From IMG/VR virus record IMGVR_UViG_3300033070_001518, positions 1 through 64,000 of that record: DNA of 64,000 nucleotides; one strand, written 5' to 3'. Made by a program: the position numbers and the translations under genes. This document shows positions 25,753 to 36,348 of this stretch, in pieces (positions within the stretch are counted from its first letter, which is position 1; every line of letters starts with the position of its first letter). The notes under the pieces are model-generated. The model had not been told where the DNA came from and searched no databases. It worked only from the letters and a program-made list of their open reading frames with translations. The stretch is from a virus (Duplodnaviria; Caudoviricetes).

Positions 25753-28322
25753 ATACTAATCTCATCATTTTGTAAATCCTTTATGTTTAAGAATATGACC
25801 CCTTTATCTACTAATTCCTTATTATTTTTCTTAATATCTTCGAAAAAATTCCAAGCCAATACAATTATTACATTTGGTAGATTGTTAAAACAATATTCTT
25901 TATTTTTTATTGGAATATTTACGCCTGGTATAAATCTATTAACTTTTAGTAGATTATCTTCAATGGTATAATCTATCATGGTATTATCAATACCAAAATA
26001 GTTAAGAGCGGTTGTTGCTTTAGCTGGTGATCCATAAGCAGCAATTTTACCGAATTTGGATTTTAATAAATTCATATTTGATAAAACATTTGACTTTATA
26101 ACTTTTAATCTTTTAGCAAAATTCTTATATGTCTCATGATTGGATATTCCAAATTCTTCTTCTGCTTGTAAAAATGATTTTATACTATCATCATTGTCAC
26201 CAAATTTTGACCTGACGTATGCTCTAATTGATCCACCATGTGTATCAATATGTTTCACTTTATAGAGAGATAGTCCCAAATTTTTGAAAAAGTTAGAAAG
26301 TGATGTTACGGACCAATAATTAACATGTTCGTGGTAGATATTATCAAATGTCATATCTTTAATAGTATCTAGTAGATATTGAACCTCTATAATAAAACTA
26401 CCTCCATCTTTTAATAGACTATTAAATGTGATTTTTGCCATATTAACTAGATCGTCCGAGTGGGCGAATACATTTGATGATGTAACAATATTTGCCTTGC
26501 CATGTTTTTTAACAATTTGGTCAGCAACATTCTGATTAAAATAATCATTGATGGTTTCTATTCCATTGTTATTAGCAATATCAGAAATGTTTTTTGCTGG
26601 CTCTACACCAACCACTCTAATCCCCATTTCTTTCATGGGATTCAAAAAAATACCATCGTTGCTACCAATGTCAACTACTAGTGAATTGATATCCAATTTA
26701 AATTCCTGTATGAATTCATAAGCAGCTGTTTTAAAATGTTTTTTAAATGATTCCGTTGTTGAGGATACATATAAATAATTATCAAACATCTTTTTTGGGG
26801 GAACAACAAATGATAGCTGGACATTTTGACAATTTTGACAGTGTTTTATTTCTAAAGGATACATATCAACCTCATCTTCTATGTTGGATAGTAGGTTATT
26901 GGCAAGTGGTGACATTCCCAATGAAACAATGTTCTTAAGATTTTCACTTTCACATGACCTACATTTGACTTTGTAATTTTTTATTAGACTATTTCTAAAA
27001 TTTTCATCGACTAATAAATATGGAATTGTATGAGTAATTCCATAATTTTCATGTTCTCTTTCTCCACGAACTAAATTTAAAAAAATAGAATCTTCCAAGA
27101 AAACCATCGCATGTGCCACATTGGGTCTAATTACAGCGATATCACCAGCTTTTATTATTCTTGTCTCTATCTCACAGTTAGGTTTAGATAGATCTTTTAT
27201 AACACTAATGTATTTACCGGATACTAGTAAACATTTTTGCTCTTGTATTGGGTGATAGTGATTAGCTCTGACACTTCCGGATTTTGATTCTATATATCCA
27301 ATTAAATTTATTGGCTCTGGTAATTCATAATTAGATATTTTACCACGATCATCTATATACTCCTTTCCTCCTTCTATAATATATTCTAGTTCATCTGGTT
27401 GATCTTTTTTTGACCAATTTTTAATCATCTCTGATACACACTTTTCAATATTATATTGAAATTTGAATCCAGTTGATAGTAATTTTTTATTACATAGTGT
27501 GTATCCAAGATTTGGTATCTCATCATTTGTTTCGACTATATTGACATTAGGGTTGAATTTTTTACATAATTCAGCCACTTCTTTAATTGTCATATTTTCA
27601 TTTCTTAAATGAAATATCTCTCTATTAATATTTGATTCTCCTAAAAATTTCATCGATCTCACAACATCTATCAAACCAATTAAGCTTTTATATTGGACAC
27701 CACCCGAAAATAGACTAATTGTTCCATTTTGTGATGTAATTTTAGAAAATAAATTAGGCATAATATTCATTCTCATCGTGTCAGTAGAATATCCATATAC
27801 TGAACCTAGTCTAACTATAATATAATTTAAATTTGAATTTTGTAAATCTATTTCAGATTGTACTTTGCTAGTAGCATATGTTAGTATAGGACTAACTGCC
27901 TCATGTTCCTCTATGTTAAATTTAGTATCGATTAATCCTTCGTATACTACATGTGTTGATGGAAATATAATTTTGCACTCTGGTGGTGTATGATTCATAA
28001 TAATCCTTGTTGCGTCTACACCACACTCTTTGATTTCTTTATCTTTTTCAGTATTAGATCCTGATTTTGTATATGCTACGTCAGTTACTCCTGCTAAATG
28101 ATATATCAGTGTCGCCCCATCCATTATTTTCTTCATTAGCACATCATCTAATATACTTCCTTGTATAAATTGCATTCCCCAGTCTGTTATTTGCTTAACT
28201 CTTTCAGATACAAATCGAGAATCTAAGACAATAATTTCTTTAAATCTAGCTTCTCCAGAGTATAACTTACATAATTCACTTCCTATATATCCCAACCCCC
28301 CCGTTATTATAATTTTATCCAT
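25749..28322 (-). CDS. tri-domain NDP-sugar enzyme: SDR epimerase + cupin isomerase + C-methyltransferase
   Basis: TGGLGYIG/YATSK; DDRG...RANHYH...AHAM; CRSC...CQNC, DIGSNDG, YHEH, AYGSPAK. Confidence 0.85.
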   Translation of the reverse strand: MDKIIITGGLGYIGSELCKLYSGEARFKEIIVLDSRFVSERVKQITDWGMQFIQGSILDDVLMKKIMDGATLIYHLAGVTDVAYTKSGSNTEKDKEIKECGVDATRIIMNHTPPECKIIFPSTHVVYEGLIDTKFNIEEHEAVSPILTYATSKVQSEIDLQNSNLNYIIVRLGSVYGYSTDTMRMNIMPNLFSKITSQNGTISLFSGGVQYKSLIGLIDVVRSMKFLGESNINREIFHLRNENMTIKEVAELCKKFNPNVNIVETNDEIPNLGYTLCNKKLLSTGFKFQYNIEKCVSEMIKNWSKKDQPDELEYIIEGGKEYIDDRGKISNYELPEPINLIGYIESKSGSVRANHYHPIQEQKCLLVSGKYISVIKDLSKPNCEIETRIIKAGDIAVIRPNVAHAMVFLEDSIFLNLVRGEREHENYGITHTIPYLLVDENFRNSLIKNYKVKCRSCESENLKNIVSLGMSPLANNLLSNIEDEVDMYPLEIKHCQNCQNVQLSFVVPPKKMFDNYLYVSSTTESFKKHFKTAAYEFIQEFKLDINSLVVDIGSNDGIFLNPMKEMGIRVVGVEPAKNISDIANNNGIETINDYFNQNVADQIVKKHGKANIVTSSNVFAHSDDLVNMAKITFNSLLKDGGSFIIEVQYLLDTIKDMTFDNIYHEHVNYWSVTSLSNFFKNLGLSLYKVKHIDTHGGSIRAYVRSKFGDNDDSIKSFLQAEEEFGISNHETYKNFAKRLKVIKSNVLSNMNLLKSKFGKIAAYGSPAKATTALNYFGIDNTMIDYTIEDNLLKVNRFIPGVNIPIKNKEYCFNNLPNVIIVLAWNFFEDIKKNNKELVDKGVIFLNIKDLQNDEISI

Positions 28323-28345
28323 ATATTATTATATTTTTTTTATTA

Positions 28346-28974
28346 TTATAGTTTATTTTCTATAATGATTAAGAAGTTATCGTAGTGGTTATAATTGTGA
28401 TTTGGAGCATTTCTCAAATCTCTAGTTGTTATAGTCTCATGAGTAACTATTTTACTTATTTCATTAACCCAGTGTTCTGGATTTTGACAATCTTCTATTA
28501 TTAGAAATCCCCCTTGTTCAATTTAGATAAATAATTGGAGACAACAAATAGAACATCCGATAGATAATGACTACCATCATCTATGATTATATCAAACATG
28601 ATATCTTTTAATTTCTCTTTGACAATTTCATTTTTAATATCTGAGGTGATATATGATATATCGTCTCTTCTATATTCGTCTAATACAGCATCGACTATAT
28701 CAACACCATAGATATTTCCATTAATGAAATATTCTTTCCATGCTAATAAGCTACCGCCTTTTTGTGTACCTATTTCTAGAATGTTTATTTCAGATAATCT
28801 ATCAAAATTTTCAAATATTTCATCATATGATTCACCATATGTGTGACCTATATACGGATCTGGATTTTGGCTTATTTCCCATAGTCCAAGATCAACATAT
28901 TTATTTTGTCGAGATCCGTGATTTTTGTCTGTTTTGTACTTTAATAAGATATCAGCAATTTTTTCATTCTCCAT
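28346..28974 (-). pseudogene. O-methyltransferase with a 1-nt frameshift in a G5 tract (28509-28513)
   Basis: ILEIGTQKGG and DIIIDDGSH. One extra G restores NKGGFLIIED...RDLRN...DNFLIII, matching the paralog at 23797..24408. Confidence 0.75.
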
Positions 28975-28982
28975 TATTATTC

Positions 28983-29624
28983 TTATTTTTTGTAATATTT
29001 TGACCACTTCCCATGAAATCCAAATGGTATAATTCCTTGTATTTCTGGTATTTCCGCTTCATGTGAAAAATATTTAGATACATCTAGTGGAGCATAAACA
29101 CATCCCTCTGCTTCAAATAAGTGTCTATTGTGACAGGTGAAAAATCCATCTTCGTTGTAATATCCAAAATAGCTTTTCCATTCCAAATTCAATTTTGTTG
29201 GTAGTGATAACAATTTTCTACTTCTAAGACTAAATCCACCATTTCCAACTCTTATAAGATTCCCAAATGGATCTTTACAACTAAAGTCATCATTTGGTAA
29301 AGCCCATGGAGCCCCTATGTAATCATAGTCTAAAAAATTTGGCATCCATTTGTCTGGATTAATTACATATCCATCATCCTGAACTATTAAACAATACTCA
29401 GTATCAATATATTTATATAGCTCATAGACTATAAATTTATTATATCCTTCATAGTCCAAATTTGGTATTTTATATATTTCTACCGTACTATCTTCTATAT
29501 TTTCACTAGTTATTAATTTAGATTCGCTAAAATTAATTCCCTCCATTGATTTTTTAATGGCGTTTAGTGAGTCAATGACTCTAATACACGAAACAGAAAC
29601 TATTGTGATGTTTAAATCTAACAT
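28983..29624 (-). CDS. DUF5672 glycosyltransferase-like protein
   Basis: VQDDGYVIN, YDYIGAPW, VGNGGFSLRS, NEDGFF. Confidence 0.78.
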   Translation of the reverse strand: MLDLNITIVSVSCIRVIDSLNAIKKSMEGINFSESKLITSENIEDSTVEIYKIPNLDYEGYNKFIVYELYKYIDTEYCLIVQDDGYVINPDKWMPNFLDYDYIGAPWALPNDDFSCKDPFGNLIRVGNGGFSLRSRKLLSLPTKLNLEWKSYFGYYNEDGFFTCHNRHLFEAEGCVYAPLDVSKYFSHEAEIPEIQGIIPFGFHGKWSKYYKK

Positions 29625-29625
29625 G

Positions 29626-30240
29626 TTATTTAATAATTTTAATATTTCCGTCTTGATAATAATTTATAAATCCAGTTCCCCAAGAATGACCAATATCTGT
29701 TAAATCATATTTTTCAATATTGAGTGAATTCCACCAAGTCTCCATCAAAGGTTCCCAAGGAAGATGAATATCATCGCAAAAAACATATCCCTTGTACCCT
29801 ATTTTTGATAATAGATCTGTAAATGATTTTTCCTGTATCCCATCATGTGCTATATCTAAGAAAATAATTTTTGAAGACATTATTATATCCTCACTTTCTT
29901 TGATGATATCCATTAGTTTAAATTCCAAATTCGGATAATTTACAGAAAATGGATAATTCCATATATGTTCAATGTCATATGTTATAACTTTATTTTTAGG
30001 ATTCTGAGACAACGATATGGCGGAATCTCCCCAATTTGTTCCAACATCAAGTATTGTTATACCATCAAACATCATTGTTAAATATGTTAATAGTTTATAA
30101 TGCTCTCCTCCTTTATTTGATCGACTATTAGAGAAGTGATGTGAATTATCTAATGGTGATGAATATCCCGGATAGTCAAAATCTTTCATATATGATTCTG
30201 TACTGATATCATTTATCTTTTTATAATCTATTATCATCAT
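29626..30240 (-). CDS. class I methyltransferase-like protein
   Basis: ILDVGTNWG, IFLDIAHDG, FCDDIH. Confidence 0.55.
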   Translation of the reverse strand: MMIIDYKKINDISTESYMKDFDYPGYSSPLDNSHHFSNSRSNKGGEHYKLLTYLTMMFDGITILDVGTNWGDSAISLSQNPKNKVITYDIEHIWNYPFSVNYPNLEFKLMDIIKESEDIIMSSKIIFLDIAHDGIQEKSFTDLLSKIGYKGYVFCDDIHLPWEPLMETWWNSLNIEKYDLTDIGHSWGTGFINYYQDGNIKIIK

Positions 30241-31211
30241 TTTAGTTTATTTTTTGTTTCTTCAATTATATTATTATACAGTACTCTAATGTCTAATTTG
30301 TTCATATCCAATTTTAATGCCTTTTGATATAGATGGTCATTTTGTATTAGTAATTCTTCTGTCACATCTGAAAAATTATCTACCATTAGTACTGGAAATC
30401 CATCAAATATTTTTTCAAGGTATTTTGATCTTATTACAATCGGAACTCTTTTCATATATAAAACTTCCCAATCTCGGTGACATTCACATCCGATGGCGTT
30501 TCCGTCTGGACATATCATAAATTTATGATTTTTTATCTCAGATAGGTAATTGACATATTCATTTGATCCTGCTGGGTTCCGCATTGTGGCCCAAGATTTA
30601 TCAGAAAAATATTGATTTATTTTAATTCTATTAGGATTGTGACCAATATTATGATTCATATAAAGTAGTTTAGTGGGTTGATATTCTTGATTAATAAAAC
30701 TTAATAGAATATCGTGTCTATTATCCGATGCATTCATTTTGCGTTGTATTCCATATGGGACTGGTATTACCTTACCTCCAAATGAAATTGCATTTGCTGC
30801 ATAAATACTGATAACATTTTCAGGAATTTTATCAAAAATAAATTCATCTATTGGAGTATCATCAAAGAATGAAAATATAACAAATTTCATATCTGGTAGT
30901 TTAGAGCATAGATCCAAAAGATCATTTTCTCTAAAATATTCAATTACCACTTTATCTTTATATTTCCTTGATTCTTCATTAATTAGTTCTACAGCAGAAT
31001 ATTTTATACCAGATCTATTATATAATCTGATACTATCAATGAATAGAGTCATATAAGATTTTTTACCAATCAATTCTTTATACTTATTCATGAATTCTTG
31101 ATTGTCTATATTAGCTGGATTCATATATCCGCCATATAATCCTAATCCGGGATGATCTCCAAATGAGTGGTCACATATATCTCTTATGTATGTTGGATCT
31201 AGTAGGTTCAT
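30237..31211 (-). CDS. exostosin/GT47-like glycosyltransferase
   Basis: KFMICPDGN...HRDWEVLYMKRVPIV. Confidence 0.65.
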   Translation of the reverse strand: MNLLDPTYIRDICDHSFGDHPGLGLYGGYMNPANIDNQEFMNKYKELIGKKSYMTLFIDSIRLYNRSGIKYSAVELINEESRKYKDKVVIEYFRENDLLDLCSKLPDMKFVIFSFFDDTPIDEFIFDKIPENVISIYAANAISFGGKVIPVPYGIQRKMNASDNRHDILLSFINQEYQPTKLLYMNHNIGHNPNRIKINQYFSDKSWATMRNPAGSNEYVNYLSEIKNHKFMICPDGNAIGCECHRDWEVLYMKRVPIVIRSKYLEKIFDGFPVLMVDNFSDVTEELLIQNDHLYQKALKLDMNKLDIRVLYNNIIEETKNKLK

Positions 31212-32110
31212 TGCTTTATTAAATAGCTATATTTTTTTCTTATTAGATTTACCATTTTTTCAGGACACTCACTCATATCAGTAACTAGCATATTTTCATA
31301 GTAGAAAGTTTGAATTGGGTTATTATAAGTATTATTGCCTCTTCCAAATGGATCTTGATTGTTATTTATTTTGTGATCAATACTATTTAAGATGTTGGGA
31401 TTATTAAATTCTTGATGTGAATAACTTTTAATTTTATTTTTAACTCTCTCTGCCCCACCAACAAAGCTAAAATGCCATCCACCATCGATTATCTTCTCAT
31501 AGTTCTTACTTTCATTCCTAAGATGTGTTAATGATACTTCTTTTGTTTTTGAGTACTCAACAACATATGCGCCATACCAATTAGTATGAGCCACCATATT
31601 AACATAATAGTAGTAACAATTCTGTAGTAAACATCTGTCTACAATTCTATTTTTCCTAATTTGATCAATTGCATCAGGATTTGAAATTTCATCCAAATCA
31701 GATACCATAATCAAATCATCATCATCACAATTTACTAATCCAAACTTTATAAACTCTCTCTGTAGATAATCTCTACAGAAATTTGGCCATTTTTTGAGAT
31801 CATTCTCATGCTCTTCCTTATCATAGATATCAGATATGCTGTTATAAATATTATTGTAGGGACTATTTTCTTCCTTCTTTGTGAATTTTAGAATATCATC
31901 TGGATAACACTCCTTAATATGAATTATTTTGTCCATATATTTTTCAAATAGGTGTTTGTTATCATCAAAATAATATGGCTTGTCCATATTAGAATGTGTT
32001 TTGTTTGTTTCACTTATTACAAAGTAATCCACATGGTCATATAATGTGTCTAGTCTTATATCCAACACATCAAACTCATTAAAAAATTGAAAACAATCGT
32101 AAATTTTCAT
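31208..32110 (-). CDS. GT17 (MGAT3-like) N-acetylglucosaminyltransferase
   Basis: IYDCFQFFNEFDVLDIRL, VDYFVISE, SDLDEI, GGWHFSF. Confidence 0.85.
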   Translation of the reverse strand: MKIYDCFQFFNEFDVLDIRLDTLYDHVDYFVISETNKTHSNMDKPYYFDDNKHLFEKYMDKIIHIKECYPDDILKFTKKEENSPYNNIYNSISDIYDKEEHENDLKKWPNFCRDYLQREFIKFGLVNCDDDDLIMVSDLDEISNPDAIDQIRKNRIVDRCLLQNCYYYYVNMVAHTNWYGAYVVEYSKTKEVSLTHLRNESKNYEKIIDGGWHFSFVGGAERVKNKIKSYSHQEFNNPNILNSIDHKINNNQDPFGRGNNTYNNPIQTFYYENMLVTDMSECPEKMVNLIRKKYSYLIKQ

Positions 32111-33033
32111 AGGTTATTAATTTTGTAAAATTCTAAAGCTTCTTTTTTGCATGTATTGTAATCAGACACTACACCATCCCTACCCATATAGGTAAATTGA
32201 GAAGTGTAAGAGTCCCCCTGTGACCAGTATCCATTACTAACATTATGTCTACCAAAATATTTTGGAGCCAAAATCAATTTTGCATTTTGATTTAACCAAG
32301 ATGCCCACCAACTAAAACTAGAATTTGCTATTATTAAATATTTTGCCTTATTCACCATGTAAAAATCGAAACCTATATCAATATGATAGCAAGGAATTCC
32401 AGGAATAAATTGCCCAGCACATTGTGGATCATCACTAAAAATGATAAATTTCATATTAGGATTGATACCTTTCATATAATTTATACAATTTTTCCAGTAT
32501 GATTGGTTAGGTATTAGATTGGGTACTGATTTGTATTCACCTCCTCTAAAATTAATAACACATGTGTTATCGTCTAATGATATACCCATTTCTATCATCT
32601 TTTTTTGATATTCCTTCTCATGTTCGTCTTTAATTAAAAACCAACTAATAACGTCGGATCTTCTGTCTATTAAATAATCTTCAGATTGTGACATCACATG
32701 TATCATCGTATTATCTTCTATGTTAAAGACATCGGGATCATACATATTTATGATACATGAATCACCATTATAAATATGTCCTTTATGTTTATCCCTATAT
32801 GTGTGAATTTGACCCTCAAATTTGTTTAAACCATCTTTGTCTTTTCCAATTATCTTGACGGGTTTTCCAAAATCAACATTCATAAAATACATTTGATTGT
32901 CTCCATTGTGGTAGTCATATATTGGATATGGTGGCACTCCCCATTCATATCCTAATTTTTCTGCAACTATCCTTGCTATTACATAGTTCCACATGTGATT
33001 TCCTAAATTACCTGTTAAATTAGCTGTTATCAT
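32107..33033 (-). CDS. GT11 fucosyltransferase-like
   Basis: GNLGNHMWNY, INFRGGEY, IIANSSFSWWASWL. Confidence 0.78.
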   Translation of the reverse strand: MITANLTGNLGNHMWNYVIARIVAEKLGYEWGVPPYPIYDYHNGDNQMYFMNVDFGKPVKIIGKDKDGLNKFEGQIHTYRDKHKGHIYNGDSCIINMYDPDVFNIEDNTMIHVMSQSEDYLIDRRSDVISWFLIKDEHEKEYQKKMIEMGISLDDNTCVINFRGGEYKSVPNLIPNQSYWKNCINYMKGINPNMKFIIFSDDPQCAGQFIPGIPCYHIDIGFDFYMVNKAKYLIIANSSFSWWASWLNQNAKLILAPKYFGRHNVSNGYWSQGDSYTSQFTYMGRDGVVSDYNTCKKEALEFYKINNL

Positions 33034-33734
33034 GTTTTAATTTTATATTTATTTACTACATAGTCATATTCTCTTCTTTTAATATCCTCTGTTATTGTTC
33101 CACTGACTCTCGTTGAATGATCCTCTCTATTCACAACGGTAATTATATTACAAATACCTGGTAAATCGTGTCTATCATATAACATCTTATAATAATCACA
33201 ATCTACTAGCCAAAATAGATTTTCATCAAAATCTATAACATCCTCATTTTTAAACATCAGCACACTTGGTGAGCTAATTGTATTGTTCCCATATTGTATA
33301 TTATTATGATAAATTGGATAAAATGGTTTAATAATATTGACACCATCATTTGTATGGCAACACGCAGTTACCATCCAATATTTTTTATTCAATTCAAAAT
33401 TATCTACTAATATTTCTAGACTATTTGCTTCATATAGAAAGTCATCTTGACATAGTATTTTGATAATCGACCCATTAGCATTTTTAATAGCATTATTCAT
33501 GTTGGATGGAAACATTCCCCTATCTTCTGTATTATAGATGTGTGTAATATTTAAATTGGATTTCCATTTATTACACAACTCCTCTATTGCAGAGGTCACA
33601 CTATGATCTGAAACTATTATTTCAAAATTCTTATATGTTTGTTGCGAGAATATACTAAAAGAAAATTCTAAATATTCAACTCCTTTACCTTTCATTTCAT
33701 ATGTCGGGATACATATACTAACCATCGAATTCAT
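33030..33734 (-). CDS. GT2 glycosyltransferase
   Basis: VSICIPTY, EIIVSD, ILCQDD. Confidence 0.85.
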   Translation of the reverse strand: MNSMVSICIPTYEMKGKGVEYLEFSFSIFSQQTYKNFEIIVSDHSVTSAIEELCNKWKSNLNITHIYNTEDRGMFPSNMNNAIKNANGSIIKILCQDDFLYEANSLEILVDNFELNKKYWMVTACCHTNDGVNIIKPFYPIYHNNIQYGNNTISSPSVLMFKNEDVIDFDENLFWLVDCDYYKMLYDRHDLPGICNIITVVNREDHSTRVSGTITEDIKRREYDYVVNKYKIKT

Positions 33735-33735
33735 A

Positions 33736-35667
33736 TTATACTGACTTAATTATTTTAAGTTCTGGTAAAAAGGTAATAAAATCACCATGATATTCATTTT
33801 CTAAGCTTTTTATTATAAATTCAGAAAAGTTATGAGTTAATATTATTAGATAATCCACCTTATTCTTCTTCATAAATTCTCTATTAACTATTTTTATTCC
33901 GGTTCCTGGCATAAATTTTCCTTGCTTAATATCCGTATCATCTACTATAAAATCAATAGTTTCGTGTGTAAGACCTAATGAATTTATAAAAATACATCCT
34001 TTAGCAGATGCTCCAAATGCTGATATTCTTTTGTTATCCTTTTTTATGTTCATTATTATATTCTTACAATTGGATAGATAGTCTCGTACTTTCTTATTCC
34101 AATTTACGTAATATACATTGTCATATTTTTTCTCATCATCAATGAATTTTAATATTGAATTATCTGATGTGATATTGGATGTGTTTTTAACCATTGTTAA
34201 TCTTAACGTACCACCATGTATAGTTTGTTTTTCTATTCTAGCAATTCTAAAACCATGTTTTTCCATCAGTATTTTTAGTGGTGTAACTGAGTAATAGTAG
34301 ACGTGTTCATGATATATTTGATCAAATTGATTTGTCTCCATATCGTATATCCAGTATGGAAATTCAAGCACCCATGCTCCATTATCTTGTAATGAACCAT
34401 ATACACCATCTACAAATGAATTTATATCTCTAAGATGTTGGAAAACATTTGTGGATGTGATAACTTTGGCTTTTTTTGGTATAAGTTTAATTGTTTCTTT
34501 TGAGAAAAATTCAACAAGTGTTGGTATTCCCCTTTCTATTGATAGTTTTGATATATTCTCAGATGGATCTATATTCAAATATTCTAAATTTTTATCAGAC
34601 TCTTCCCTAAAGGCAGCCAAAAGCGTACCATCATTTCCTCCAATATCAATAATTAAATCATTTTCATCTATACCAATTATATCTTTAATATAGTTAAACA
34701 TTTTTTTACAATGTGCGTAATATGGTTGATTTACTCCAGACTTAAATAGATATTCACTAAATAGTTTACCACTATCAATAGATATTGATAGTGCTGTTAA
34801 CCTTGATTCTGGAAATAGATTAATACTCAATGGGTATCTTTCACAATTTATAGATTCTTCAAATGTGTTATTTAGTTCATTTACTAAAGGAAAATTTCCT
34901 AAATTAAAATATGGTATTTTTTTACTATCTCCTGTTATTGGACAAGTGTCTATAGAATAATAATCATTCATTTTATTTTTTATTTTTGCGATAGACATTG
35001 ATAAATTTTTTGGAGCATTTTTTGGAGCAAGAATTGGTTCCACATTTGGATTTGTTAATTTAGCAAATTCATACATACTCTTAAGTTCTGTACCAATATT
35101 ATAAACACCATTAAGATCCTTTTGTATGCATTTAATAATAATATCTGATATTACGTCTGGATGGTCAAAATTTCCTACTTGATCTATCCACGCTGAGTCA
35201 TAAGGAAATGGTTTAGGTTTGTGCATACATCTGCAAATTAGATAATTATTTGATAGTAGCTGAACCAATCCATCCCCAAGAAGTTTGGTATATCCATACC
35301 AATTTTTACCATGAATTGGGATATCATCTTCTGAAGCATAATCTACGGAATCAGAGTAGAGATAAGTGGTTGATATATGTATCAGTTTTATTTTATGGAG
35401 ATTGCAATATTGTATTAAATCATGTACGAATTTATAATTAACTAACCAATGACTCTCTCTATCATCTGAATATGTGTCTGTGTTGGCTATGCAATTAACG
35501 ATAATTTTGTAATTACTAAATTTCCATGAGGATGGATTAGAGACATCAAATCCATCCTTTTTTCGAGAAATATAATCCCAAGAAGTTTGTTTAACTAGTT
35601 CAGATCCCAATAATCCATCTCCAAGTACGAGACATAAATTTATTGGATCTATTTCGATTTTACTCAT
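33736..35667 (-). CDS. RmlD-like reductase fused to an NDP-sugar C-methyltransferase
   Basis: LGDGLLG, HISTTY, YGYTK; then CPITG, DIGGNDG, YHEH, AFGASAKG. Confidence 0.82.
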   Translation of the reverse strand: MSKIEIDPINLCLVLGDGLLGSELVKQTSWDYISRKKDGFDVSNPSSWKFSNYKIIVNCIANTDTYSDDRESHWLVNYKFVHDLIQYCNLHKIKLIHISTTYLYSDSVDYASEDDIPIHGKNWYGYTKLLGDGLVQLLSNNYLICRCMHKPKPFPYDSAWIDQVGNFDHPDVISDIIIKCIQKDLNGVYNIGTELKSMYEFAKLTNPNVEPILAPKNAPKNLSMSIAKIKNKMNDYYSIDTCPITGDSKKIPYFNLGNFPLVNELNNTFEESINCERYPLSINLFPESRLTALSISIDSGKLFSEYLFKSGVNQPYYAHCKKMFNYIKDIIGIDENDLIIDIGGNDGTLLAAFREESDKNLEYLNIDPSENISKLSIERGIPTLVEFFSKETIKLIPKKAKVITSTNVFQHLRDINSFVDGVYGSLQDNGAWVLEFPYWIYDMETNQFDQIYHEHVYYYSVTPLKILMEKHGFRIARIEKQTIHGGTLRLTMVKNTSNITSDNSILKFIDDEKKYDNVYYVNWNKKVRDYLSNCKNIIMNIKKDNKRISAFGASAKGCIFINSLGLTHETIDFIVDDTDIKQGKFMPGTGIKIVNREFMKKNKVDYLIILTHNFSEFIIKSLENEYHGDFITFLPELKIIKSV

Positions 35668-35676
35668 TTAATTTAA

Positions 35677-36348
35677 TTATATTTTATAGTGATTTCTAAC
35701 GAAAAAGATTTTTTGCATTATCACATTTATGTTGTTTTTGACAGTTGCGTTACTTGAGTGTCTCCTGTGTTTGACTAATATATCTGGTAAATTTCTCAAC
35801 GAGAACCCTAAAGATAAACATCTGCACCACAATTCTAAGTCTTCAAGGCCATCGAAATTTGAATTATACCCACCTGATTTTATAATTTTATCTTTTTCGA
35901 ACATTATTGTAGGATGATTCATAAACCAATCAGAGACATTCATTATGCCCCTTGGGATAATTAACGGGTGGTTGGTTTTGCTTGATTGGTCTCCAAACAA
36001 TTCCATCTGAGATCCTAAAATATCAACACTATTAGATTTGAAATAATCATATTGTTTTTCTAGTCTATTGGATATCATTATATCATCTGCGTCCATTCTA
36101 CATACTAAATTATACGAACATAGATTTAATCCATAGTTTAAAGCTGCGGAAATGCCTCCTCTTTCTTTGTGGTATATTTTGTATTTTACCTTCTGTATTG
36201 AATCTAAATACTTCGATATTTCTTCATCTGATCCATCGTTGACTATAACTACCTCATAATCTTGCATTGATTGATTATCAACACTTTCAAAGCATTCTTT
36301 AATGTACTCGACTGGGGTATTGTAAATTGGTATAAGAATAGATATCAT
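35677..36348 (-). CDS. GT2 glycosyltransferase
   Basis: ISILIPIYN, IVNDGS, RMDADD, MNHPT, EDLELW. Confidence 0.9.
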   Translation of the reverse strand: MISILIPIYNTPVEYIKECFESVDNQSMQDYEVVIVNDGSDEEISKYLDSIQKVKYKIYHKERGGISAALNYGLNLCSYNLVCRMDADDIMISNRLEKQYDYFKSNSVDILGSQMELFGDQSSKTNHPLIIPRGIMNVSDWFMNHPTIMFEKDKIIKSGGYNSNFDGLEDLELWCRCLSLGFSLRNLPDILVKHRRHSSNATVKNNINVIMQKIFFVRNHYKI

